Source: a bacterium
GTDB taxonomy: Bacteria; Patescibacteriota; Patescibacteriia; UBA10025
Length of the DNA stretch: 64,000 bases
Direction: 5' to 3'
Assembly: GCA_021815445.1 (NCBI GenBank)
Contig: JAKAGM010000001.1
Location: forward strand, 595,710-659,709
Shown: in pieces, positions 28,631 to 37,928 of the stretch
How positions within the stretch are numbered: position 1 is the stretch's first letter
Layout: the number at the start of each line of letters is the position of its first letter
Position numbers and translations under genes: made by a program
Notes under the pieces: generated by a model
Databases searched by the model: none
What the model was told of the DNA's origin: nothing
Seen by the model: only the letters and a program-made list of their open reading frames with translations

Positions 28631-31600
28631 TTACGGCCTTACCTGCTGAAACTTCGGCAAAGACTGTGAAAGATCCTGGACGCCATTAGGCGGATTTGCG
28701 AGCAGACGTCCGTCATTGGTGAATAACTCGGAGGGGTCAGTGACACTTTGCGTGCCCGCCGGACCGAACCATGTACGGTTCAGATTAAACTTTCTGGCGA
28801 GAACTACTCCTTGCACCTTGAGCTGGTTTTTGCCGCATGCGCTTGAGTCAGCCGGGAGATAACATGTATTAAAGATGCCCTTGGTTGACGTAGTATCATT
28901 GATCCCCGTGATAAAGGATCCGGCGAGGTTGGTCACTGTTGAATATACATTGACATCATCCGTGGTTGTGATCCAGAGCGCGGATGCCAATTGTTTAATA
29001 GTTGCCGGAGCCGTGGAATCATAGCTGATGCCGGCATTCACACCTGATTCGCGGAAGCTGACGCCTTTTGAAACGACAATGCCGGCTCCGCTTGTCGCAC
29101 CGTTTTTGATTGTATGCGAATAGCTGACACTAAGTATTGCATTAGGATAGTAATAGGCCTTACCGTCGAGGCTGATATCGTTAGACAATAAGAGGGGGTG
29201 AAGGCCGCTAAAATGATCGACACGACTGCCATCATTAGTATGCCTGATGACGACCTCGGCGCCATAAGCATTTAACCCATTGCCATCATTACTGCACCAG
29301 TTTTTAGAAGGATCATACGTTCCGGGTGGCTGAACATACGTGTAACAGGTTGGATCGTTAATACCATGGCCCTGGCCATCCATATTATCACAGCTCAAAG
29401 GTGATACTACGGGAGTAAGATTGCCGTTGACATCAGCAACCTTACATCCGCTTACTACCCTTGTTATTTTATCCAGATCAAGTTTGCCGAGCGCATTTTG
29501 GTACTGACTGGTAATGCCCGGATAACCATATGTCCCTACGTTCGGCTGAAGGTAGGTGAGACTGCCACCCGCCGGCGGATTGTCTACTCCTCCCTGGCTC
29601 GAGGCGCCCGGCCCGTAACCCCCGGCAGAGGAAATAAAGGGCGCGATCGTGCCGCCGGCCTGTATTAAATACGTCGCGGTGTACTGCTGGTTCGTGGCTG
29701 TGGGCGGCGCGGGAATGGTGATATTCCCCTGTCCATAGATGTCGCCGGCTTTTGTCTGGACATACGGGAACCCCAGGAAACGGAACGGCAGGAATTGTAT
29801 CCAGCCGAACTGCTGGGAATAAGCAAAATCAAAGAGCTCGTATGCGCCCTTATCCCCGAGATATTGCATGCCGGTGGAATACGATCCTGACTGGGTGGCG
29901 AGCCGCACGCTTGGCGCCGGAACAGTTGTCAGTAGGTGACTTTTAGTTGCTGCTGTGCTTAAAGTGAATGAGGTTGCATCCTTAGTCGAGTATGCAATCG
30001 TCTCCTGGTTTGCGCCCGGCTCTATGAGCAAACTGCTTGCTACCGGAAATCCCACGGTAGAAACAACATGAGCGATCAAGTCACCGATATTCAAGTTTTG
30101 GACATTTAATAGTGTCGACTTGTTATTAGTCCATGTCCCGCCCAAACGGACCCAGCCCCATTCGCACGCATTGACGCCTGCTACGGCCGGATAACAGTCT
30201 TTATCCACCTGTCCGTCAACGAAACTTCCGTCCAGCTTCTCTCCCTCTTCCTTTGTACTCATCACGCGTGCCCATCCGACAAGACTATTCGTATCCGGAT
30301 TGAACTTAGCAATAGTCCCTGCTGCAGGGAAAGGATAGCTCGGATCCGGAGAGTTCGGGTTGCATCGCGGGTCTTGGTCTTCTTTAAAGCGCTTCTCGAT
30401 CCGCCAACCATCGCCCTGATGATTTCCAACTATATAAATAAATGCTCCATCGACAGTAATGCCATTGGGATATTTACTGTTGTTATCAGAGTTAACAAAT
30501 CCGCCCGGAGCAGGAGGATTCCCGAACGTCGAATCAGGGGCTCCGTCGGTAAGACGATATTTTTCGACGCGGAAGTGTGTGCCAGGGTTATTAATATTTC
30601 CTGTCACGTACATATATACTCCGTCCGTCGCAATGCTCGACGCCTCATATTGATCACCCGCGCTCGTCACTACCCCGCCCGTACCAAATTCAGTGCCGCT
30701 GCAATTCGCCGCGGTACAGAGAGCGCCGGTAGTTAGGGATCGCTTCTCAATGCGCCAGTCGTAAGTACTACTCCCAATAACTTTCCCGACAACGTACAAT
30801 GCGTTGAGGTTTGTATCTATAGCGAGGGAATTAGCTTCTCTGCCGGCCACCGGCTCGACAATACCGTTGCCATCGAAATTCGTTACGAGAGCGCCGGTAT
30901 CAAGCCGCCGCTTCTCGATGCGCCATCCGCTTCCGATGACATACATATATGTGCCGTCAATAGCAATCCCGTATGGTGTTTGGCTGATCGCTTCTGTGAT
31001 GACACCGTCGCCGTCGAATGCCGTTACGAGAGTACCGTCATCAAGCCGCCGTTTCTCAATGTTCCAACCATCATCCCCCACCACATACATGTATGTTGAA
31101 TCAATTGCAATAGAGAATGCCGTGTTTGTAGATGGCGTAGAACTAACTAGGATTCCGTCGCCGTCGAATGCGGTATCAAGACTGCCGTCGGAAAGGCGCC
31201 GTTTCTCAATGAGCCAATGGTGATCACCAGTGTCCGAATAACCATCTCCGACGATGTACATAAACTCATGGTCAATGGCAACATCTTTGATATAGTCACT
31301 ATTGTCTCCTCCTTTTATGACTCCATTATTATCCTTACCGAAGGAGTTCACGAGGGTACCATCAGCGAGGCGACGTTTTTCTATTCTCCATTTCGCGTGC
31401 GTCTCATCTTCTCCGACTACGTAAATATAATTTTCATCAATAACAGTAGCGGCCTCAACAGAATAGGTGGTTGTCGGCGGCTCGTCTATGATTCCACCCT
31501 GACCGAAACTCGGATCAAGCGCTCCGCCTTCAGGCGCGGGATCGGTGCAATCGGTAGCAGGCGTATAATTAAAGGTGATCCACCCCACATTTGGCGACCA

Positions 31601-33577
31601 CATCTCTCCCGAGACTTTATTGGTAGCCGTATTGATTAAGACGCCATAGCGCGGATCACCGAATTTGCCCATATTTAAATAGTCGAGGCTGACCCACCCT
31701 ATGGCAGGCGACCACCCCCAGCCGTTGACGCGGATGGGGCTCCCGTCCTCGGGATACGAAAGGGTGAACGGGCTCGCATTCCCGTTACTCCAGATAAAGG
31801 CCGGGTGGCCGGCAGTCGTCAAGTAGCTGGCTGGCTGGTCGGCAGGCGCTGTCGGAGTCCGGTCAGCACCGTTCGTAGAATCGACCACCCCTATGCCCGC
31901 CGTCGGATACACCGGCACATCCTTCCAATTCGCCGGCAACGGGTCAGAGGCATCGAAGCTCATCCTACGATAGATAATCTTGTCATCTCCGACACATATG
32001 CCGCTACTACCTTTACAGTCATGGTTATAACCGCCACAATTACCTCCGCCCGTACAGATACTGCCCGCGTCTCCGCGCGCTTGGGCCACGACCCAGAAGT
32101 CATCGTCCGCGCTTGAAGTCATCGGGGTAATGAGGTATTGGTCCGGAAATTCGGCGAGCGTGCTTAAGTCTTGCCTGGCTGCCCAATTGAATGTGTTAAT
32201 GTCAGTCTGCCTCCATTCTTTCATGTAGAGGCGGCGTGAAATTTGATTGTGGTAGGCCAGATCATAGTCATAGCGCGAATACGCTACCCGGATGGCCTTT
32301 TTGCTTTGGGTAAGGTTATTTACTGTGACGGAAAGGTTCGGGCCCGGGTACTGCTCGTTATCGAGCATTGTCTTGTTGCACATGTGAGAAACATCAACGA
32401 TGGTACCGATAGCTCCGGCATCACGGCCGCAATTCCAGCCGGCAGCGCCCGTGGAATCATTAAAGCCAGTGTATGTATTTTCAATATACTGCAAAGGGAC
32501 ACTGCTTGCCCCGGGGAAAGGCACTTGCTCCGACCCGCCCGGATCGCTGCCATACCCCGGGGGAGGATTGCCGCCCCCCTCTATGAATAAACGTGAACCG
32601 CCTAAATCATATGCGCTTGCTGACAATCCACAACCGCCCCATCCCGCGATTGTTCGATTGACTACTACGGCGAAATTGCCGCTCAGAGGATTCTTGACGA
32701 GCGCCGCATAGACAAACGCATTTGGCTCAAAATTATTTGGCGTACTCCAATTGTATTTTATGCAGTTTTTCATCGCGCCCACATCCTTTGCCGAATTAGC
32801 GTCAATAACCCACGTACCATTCACGCCGCGCGTCATGGTTTTTGTCCGTAGGTAGGTATACCCGGCTTCGCTATCTCCGCCGCCGCGTTCCGGCGTCTGT
32901 ATATCATAGAGTATCATTGCCCGATTTCCTTCCACCCATATCTGGGGTTTCGGCTCTGCCGCAGATTGAGGGGGCTTATAAGCGCAATAATCACCCGATA
33001 CTCTTATGCTCCAGCTGAAATATTTATCCCACCAGTTTGCAGAGTCGGTGATCGTCATCTCCGGCTGGAGCTTCCACAACCCCGCGTTATTATCGTAGGT
33101 CAGCTCGCGGAAATAGACGTTTCCTGAATCGCCTCCATTACACCCATCGGGGACACCGCAACAGCCGCTCCCAGAGTTGTCCCTGAAATAAATGATATAC
33201 AGATTGCAGTCTGACGCCGTGGAACAGTTGGGATTGCCGGTCATGTTTTTGGCAAGAAAAAAATTCATGCCGGATGTCAGCACTTCCGAAGAGTTTGAAA
33301 GCGCTTCAGTCCATGTGAGGCCGTCCGTGCTCTTTCGGAAGCGGAGCGTGCCATACTGCTGGCCTTCACTGTAGTTTTCCATATGCACGCTGACGATGGC
33401 ATTATTCAGCATGATCATGTGCCTGTCTTTTGGGAGGCCGGTTGCCTCAGTATCGGTTGGATTTGCCACTTTTGAAAAAGCTGCTTGTGTACCCCTGGGC
33501 ACTATTATTACCAAAACAATAGCAAGCGCCGCGCCAGTGAGAAAGAGAAAAAGTTTTTTGTTCTGAGAAAAATTCAT
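28631..33577 (-). CDS. Giant secreted surface protein, 1648 aa (beta-propeller-like WRIEKR repeats), candidate adhesin
   Basis: Signal peptide; about 7 repeats of IAID..YMYVVG...WRIEKRRL.DG.L...F...G; GWGWSPAIGWVS-type repeats; many Cys. Confidence 0.85.
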   Translation of the reverse strand: MNFSQNKKLFLFLTGAALAIVLVIIVPRGTQAAFSKVANPTDTEATGLPKDRHMIMLNNAIVSVHMENYSEGQQYGTLRFRKSTDGLTWTEALSNSSEVLTSGMNFFLAKNMTGNPNCSTASDCNLYIIYFRDNSGSGCCGVPDGCNGGDSGNVYFRELTYDNNAGLWKLQPEMTITDSANWWDKYFSWSIRVSGDYCAYKPPQSAAEPKPQIWVEGNRAMILYDIQTPERGGGDSEAGYTYLRTKTMTRGVNGTWVIDANSAKDVGAMKNCIKYNWSTPNNFEPNAFVYAALVKNPLSGNFAVVVNRTIAGWGGCGLSASAYDLGGSRLFIEGGGNPPPGYGSDPGGSEQVPFPGASSVPLQYIENTYTGFNDSTGAAGWNCGRDAGAIGTIVDVSHMCNKTMLDNEQYPGPNLSVTVNNLTQSKKAIRVAYSRYDYDLAYHNQISRRLYMKEWRQTDINTFNWAARQDLSTLAEFPDQYLITPMTSSADDDFWVVAQARGDAGSICTGGGNCGGYNHDCKGSSGICVGDDKIIYRRMSFDASDPLPANWKDVPVYPTAGIGVVDSTNGADRTPTAPADQPASYLTTAGHPAFIWSNGNASPFTLSYPEDGSPIRVNGWGWSPAIGWVSLDYLNMGKFGDPRYGVLINTATNKVSGEMWSPNVGWITFNYTPATDCTDPAPEGGALDPSFGQGGIIDEPPTTTYSVEAATVIDENYIYVVGEDETHAKWRIEKRRLADGTLVNSFGKDNNGVIKGGDNSDYIKDVAIDHEFMYIVGDGYSDTGDHHWLIEKRRLSDGSLDTAFDGDGILVSSTPSTNTAFSIAIDSTYMYVVGDDGWNIEKRRLDDGTLVTAFDGDGVITEAISQTPYGIAIDGTYMYVIGSGWRIEKRRLDTGALVTNFDGNGIVEPVAGREANSLAIDTNLNALYVVGKVIGSSTYDWRIEKRSLTTGALCTAANCSGTEFGTGGVVTSAGDQYEASSIATDGVYMYVTGNINNPGTHFRVEKYRLTDGAPDSTFGNPPAPGGFVNSDNNSKYPNGITVDGAFIYIVGNHQGDGWRIEKRFKEDQDPRCNPNSPDPSYPFPAAGTIAKFNPDTNSLVGWARVMSTKEEGEKLDGSFVDGQVDKDCYPAVAGVNACEWGWVRLGGTWTNNKSTLLNVQNLNIGDLIAHVVSTVGFPVASSLLIEPGANQETIAYSTKDATSFTLSTAATKSHLLTTVPAPSVRLATQSGSYSTGMQYLGDKGAYELFDFAYSQQFGWIQFLPFRFLGFPYVQTKAGDIYGQGNITIPAPPTATNQQYTATYLIQAGGTIAPFISSAGGYGPGASSQGGVDNPPAGGSLTYLQPNVGTYGYPGITSQYQNALGKLDLDKITRVVSGCKVADVNGNLTPVVSPLSCDNMDGQGHGINDPTCYTYVQPPGTYDPSKNWCSNDGNGLNAYGAEVVIRHTNDGSRVDHFSGLHPLLLSNDISLDGKAYYYPNAILSVSYSHTIKNGATSGAGIVVSKGVSFRESGVNAGISYDSTAPATIKQLASALWITTTDDVNVYSTVTNLAGSFITGINDTTSTKGIFNTCYLPADSSACGKNQLKVQGVVLARKFNLNRTWFGPAGTQSVTDPSELFTNDGRLLANPPNGVQDLSQSLPKFQQVRP

Positions 33578-33598
33578 TCTTTTTAGGAAACTTTATCT

Positions 33599-33660
33599 GG
33601 TTGGACGCGCGAAAGCGCATTATCCTAGGATCGACATAACAGCCTTTCGGCTGTCCAACC
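33599..33660 (-). repeat. 62-bp dyad element, copy B
   Basis: GGTTGGAC GCGC-GAAA-GCGC ... CAGCC-TTTC-GGCTG TCCAACC; homologous to 19833-19893. Confidence 0.8.
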
Positions 33661-33737
33661 TAACCCCGTTTTTGGGTAAAATCGATGTTCACGGGTGCTA
33701 CAACGCCCTTTCAGGCGTCCGACCATACTACTCACTC

Positions 33738-35891
33738 TTACGGACACACAGCCGCCCCGGGCATATACGTACCCATAAGGCGAAAATCCGCTTTTACTCC
33801 GGTAGTATTCTTTATGGCGATAGAGCCCGCCGTTCCCGGGAGATATCCGGGACTTGAGGTTCTCATGACACTGGTGCCGACAGTAACGTAGACGATGCCC
33901 GCATTGTCTTCAAAAATTCCGCTCGAATCTGTCCCGCTGAGTGAGCCCACAGCGGTCCATGCTAACCCATCGGGAGACTCATACACCTGACCGATGTTTC
34001 CCGTTGCGGCATAAAAATGGCCGCCGCTTGTTTGATATAATTTCTTCACCTCGTCTACCGTCGGCCCCGTGCTCGTCCATGTAACTCCCATATTTGTCGA
34101 GTACCACACATGCCCGCTCAAGCCCCCCCCGTTCAGAGACCCCCCCGCAAAGAGATAGCCATTCTGGCTCTGTATAAGTGTGGGGACCTGATTTTGACCA
34201 GTCAGAGTTCCTGGCACGGGAGACCATACCTGGCCGTGATCTTGAGATACGTAGATTTTACCCGCATTAGCCGTCCCCGCATAAAGGTTTCCATCGCTTG
34301 TCTGTAAAAGCGACTCCACAGCTGAGTTGACGCCCCCGGTCACTGTTAACGGGCTCCAATCGATCCCGGTTTGGGTGGTTTGCCGTCGATAGACATTGTT
34401 GCTGCCGCTGGAAAATCCCGCAAAAATAGTTCCGGCGGGACAGGTACCGCCATCCTGGCAATCAGAGTTGTTTTTACAGACCCTATTGGGATTATTGCTG
34501 CAAAAGCTTGTCTCCTCCAGGAGAGCCATAAAAGCGCCTGCGACGTGGGGTCCTATATTCGCCCATGACCAGACCGTCCCATTATACGTATATTTGTAGA
34601 TATCCCCGGTGTTGCCGGTAGCCGCGTAGACCGAACCGTCCCGTGATTCGATCATATCCCAGACGCCTGTCGCCCCGTCATTGGGGAGACCCGTATCAAC
34701 CCACGTGATTCCCCGATTAGTGGATTTATAGATACGGGCTTGTCCCGTACCGCCTGCTCCTTGGACTCCCACATAGATGGTGCCGTCTCTCGCGGCAAGC
34801 AGCGACATGGCCGTGTCGGATCCGGGAAGAGCTCCCGCGGCCAACCACTGGGTATCCGTCGTACACTGCCTATATGCCAGCTGTGTGTCGAATGGCGGGG
34901 TGAATCTTTTCCAATCCGCCTGCAGGTCGGCGCTGTCGTTATACATGGCTGTCAGGCGGAGAATAGAGTCTCCCGGCGGATTGCATGTACCGGGACTTTT
35001 GCAGTCAGACCCGCTATTGCATGCTCTGCTAGGATCATTACTGCAAACACCCATGTGATAACCGGTTTGCGCGGGCGTAAAGGTGGCAACACCGTCAGGA
35101 GGCACACTGGAGGTCTCGACGGTGAAAAACTTGATTCCGGGAGCAGTGGTCGGTGTACTGGCAGCGAAGTTCTGCAGGGAAGCCGCATTGATCTGCATAA
35201 GATTCACTCCATCAACTATCACACTGCCTCCCACAGACACTGCGCCGCCAAGCGCGGTGACAGTCGAGTTAAATGTGGCATTGCCGCCGACAATCAACTG
35301 GCCGTTAGGGTTGATAACGTTGACAGCCCCGTAGAAGTATCCGGCGTATGACGTTGAATCGTTAGTGTATCCCTCCCCTTTCACCCCTGTAGCGCCGGCC
35401 ACGGATGCCTGTCCAAAGACGCCCCGGCCGTTGGATCCGCTTGCGTCGCCCCGGACCCCTTTTGCCAAGGGCAGGCTCCCGATCGCTACACCCGTCACAG
35501 CGGAATTGCCGGAGGAATGTGTCTGGGCATGTACGCCGTACACTGTCCCCATAGCGGTCAACATTCCCTTGGCGGGGGCTGATTTGTCTCCCACGACGAA
35601 CGTTCTGAGCACGCGCTCGAGCCCGGTTACATCAAGTTTCGCCGTCGGTGCGGCTGTGCTGCCGATACGTAGATCGCCCGTTCGAGCCTGTGCCTCGCCG
35701 CCGCCGTAAATACCCGGAGTAGTCGTGCTCAACACTTTATCGCCCAAATAGATATAGGGGCCGGTGTTCGAGGAGGGCGGTGAGCCCGGCGGCTGATCCC
35801 ACACCTGCGCAACGACGGCACCTCCGCCCATCACTCCCGCGATAAGAAGCAGAGCTACCGCTAACTTTACTGTGTTCAATGGCTTGTTCAT
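33738..35891 (-). CDS. Secreted protein, 717 aa: WxxPxxxPP N-terminus, GVxG repeats, BNR/Asp-box propeller
   Basis: QVWDQPPGSPP; GVHA/GVRG/GVFG/GVKG; STNRGITW, SQDHGQVW, STNMGVTW. Confidence 0.85.
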   Translation of the reverse strand: MNKPLNTVKLAVALLLIAGVMGGGAVVAQVWDQPPGSPPSSNTGPYIYLGDKVLSTTTPGIYGGGEAQARTGDLRIGSTAAPTAKLDVTGLERVLRTFVVGDKSAPAKGMLTAMGTVYGVHAQTHSSGNSAVTGVAIGSLPLAKGVRGDASGSNGRGVFGQASVAGATGVKGEGYTNDSTSYAGYFYGAVNVINPNGQLIVGGNATFNSTVTALGGAVSVGGSVIVDGVNLMQINAASLQNFAASTPTTAPGIKFFTVETSSVPPDGVATFTPAQTGYHMGVCSNDPSRACNSGSDCKSPGTCNPPGDSILRLTAMYNDSADLQADWKRFTPPFDTQLAYRQCTTDTQWLAAGALPGSDTAMSLLAARDGTIYVGVQGAGGTGQARIYKSTNRGITWVDTGLPNDGATGVWDMIESRDGSVYAATGNTGDIYKYTYNGTVWSWANIGPHVAGAFMALLEETSFCSNNPNRVCKNNSDCQDGGTCPAGTIFAGFSSGSNNVYRRQTTQTGIDWSPLTVTGGVNSAVESLLQTSDGNLYAGTANAGKIYVSQDHGQVWSPVPGTLTGQNQVPTLIQSQNGYLFAGGSLNGGGLSGHVWYSTNMGVTWTSTGPTVDEVKKLYQTSGGHFYAATGNIGQVYESPDGLAWTAVGSLSGTDSSGIFEDNAGIVYVTVGTSVMRTSSPGYLPGTAGSIAIKNTTGVKADFRLMGTYMPGAAVCP

Positions 35892-35903
35892 ATTACAAGG
35901 ATA

Positions 35904-37907
35904 CTATGGGCAGGGAGGCTCGAATTTATGCCCGCATCCACCTCCGCCACCTGTGCATGCCGTTCTGCAATACGGATTCGGCGCCAGACAAACGCCAGTC
36001 TGCGGATTATACGCCGAACCGTAACTTTGATTGTTGCAACAGTAATAATTCGACGGACATCCGACGCGAACCGCCGTCGTGCCCGAACCTGTCGCGCCAT
36101 TTACCGTCGCTGTGTCTGTGACGGTAAACGTCGAATTTGAGACGTAAGTATGTGCAGGATTCTGGGCTGTGTGCCCGGGCCCGCCGCAGGCGGCCGAATT
36201 GTCAGTGTTGCATATCGGCGATGCAGTACATACGCCGGACGGACAGTCTGTAGCGCCATTCAATACATTGCACCCCAGACCGTTATTGGCCCCGCCAGTG
36301 CAGGTGCCGTCGCCGAAACTCCAGCTCCAACCTGTCGCACTTGCTGTTAAATCCGCGAACATGACGGTCTGGGGGGTGCCCGGAGGGATAGTACTCGGTG
36401 AAGCATTCGCCGTTGATGTCGGGTCGGCAGTCGCAGTCACTGTCGGAGTGAATTTTCCGGTAATCATAAGTGAATTCGCGCACACACTGCCGTTGCATGC
36501 ATGAATATAGATCCCGTTATCGACTCCCGCATTGTATTTTGATGATGTCGGGACAAAGGTAATGTCACAGTTTGCAAGCGAGCCGCTATTGGTGCTCCCG
36601 ATGATATTCGGAGCCCCGCTGGGAGTCCCATAATACACCGTGCATGTGTAGCAGCCCGGCGTTGCGCATTTCCCGACACTTGTTGCATCTTTATAGCGCA
36701 GACTCTGCGTCGGAGCCGCTGAGAATGTGGCCGGGTTTATCAGATCAATGCCTCCCGGTGATGTGATGACCTCGAGAGCGGGCACTGGCGCAACCGTCCC
36801 GCATACCTGTACTGAGGAAAACTGCCTGTAAAAAGCGATAACGCGGAAAAATGCGCCATAGCCGAGACTATTGGTGATAGTGAACTTCCCTGACGCAAGG
36901 CTGGCGCCCGGCAAACATTCTTCATAGTTCACGTCAGAGGACGTACGGTCATATGGAAAATAGGTGTACCCATCTAAAGAATACTCGGCAAGGTAGGATT
37001 CAACCTCCGTCATCTCGTTCAGCGGGCCGACTCCTTCACTGCCTATTGGATAAGTCTTCGGTCCACGGCGCCATGAGACAGATACACCGTTTGCAATCTT
37101 TCCGGCGGGCGACCCAGTCGTGACGCAGTTCGTGCAGCCGGAGCCATTCCCGTCGGCAGAAGTCAGCACGAGTACCCTCACTGAGGGGTCAGTCACAGGA
37201 ACGGCTGATATTGCGTTTTGAATCGATTGCGCTTTGACGTTGCGCGGATCAAAATCGATGCCGTTGAATTGAAGCGCTTCTGTCGTAAGATTGTTTGTAA
37301 TGGCAACATTCCCGCTCAGGGTAGTGGTATCATCAACGCTGAGGTTTCCGGTAATGTTTGTCGACCCTTGAAATATACCCGCTGATCCGGCTTGGCTATA
37401 TCCGATTACGCCATAGCCTCCTTGTCCAGCTTTTCCGTACACCCCCGTGGCGGTATGACTTCCTGCATTACCCCATACGCCGTATCCGCTGTTGACAGCC
37501 GTGACGCCGTATACGCCCGCCTTTGATGGATCCTGGCCCGATCCATAGACAGCGCTGTAATCGCATGAAATTGCGGACACTGCTGCCGTACCGGCCAGAG
37601 GATAGGAAAGCGAGCACCCTGATCCATCTCCTCCGGCAGAGAGTGTCGTATCCGTTACCGCCGGCCCTGCCACATAGAGATTCTGCGTCCCGGGATTAGG
37701 CACCGCCTGACCAATCGTCAGGGCTCCCACCCTTGATTGGGCGTCAGGTTTGGTTCCGGCATACAAGGGGTTGTCAATATTTGGATCGCCAGGATTAACC
37801 GGGGGCGCGGAAGTGGGCGGCGACCATTGCGCATAAGCAATACCCGCGCTCAAGGTAAGCAGAAGGGCGAGAAAGATGACTGAGGATTTCATTTTACGCT
37901 TAAACAT
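35904..37907 (-). CDS. Secreted protein, ~667 aa: WxxPxxxPP N-terminus, GVYG repeats, PKD-like domain, Cys-rich tail
   Basis: QWSPPTSAPP; WSWSFGDG...NPAHTY. Confidence 0.85.
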   Translation of the reverse strand: MFKRKMKSSVIFLALLLTLSAGIAYAQWSPPTSAPPVNPGDPNIDNPLYAGTKPDAQSRVGALTIGQAVPNPGTQNLYVAGPAVTDTTLSAGGDGSGCSLSYPLAGTAAVSAISCDYSAVYGSGQDPSKAGVYGVTAVNSGYGVWGNAGSHTATGVYGKAGQGGYGVIGYSQAGSAGIFQGSTNITGNLSVDDTTTLSGNVAITNNLTTEALQFNGIDFDPRNVKAQSIQNAISAVPVTDPSVRVLVLTSADGNGSGCTNCVTTGSPAGKIANGVSVSWRRGPKTYPIGSEGVGPLNEMTEVESYLAEYSLDGYTYFPYDRTSSDVNYEECLPGASLASGKFTITNSLGYGAFFRVIAFYRQFSSVQVCGTVAPVPALEVITSPGGIDLINPATFSAAPTQSLRYKDATSVGKCATPGCYTCTVYYGTPSGAPNIIGSTNSGSLANCDITFVPTSSKYNAGVDNGIYIHACNGSVCANSLMITGKFTPTVTATADPTSTANASPSTIPPGTPQTVMFADLTASATGWSWSFGDGTCTGGANNGLGCNVLNGATDCPSGVCTASPICNTDNSAACGGPGHTAQNPAHTYVSNSTFTVTDTATVNGATGSGTTAVRVGCPSNYYCCNNQSYGSAYNPQTGVCLAPNPYCRTACTGGGGGCGHKFEPPCP

Positions 37908-37928
37908 AGCTTTCAGTTAAACTGTCGC

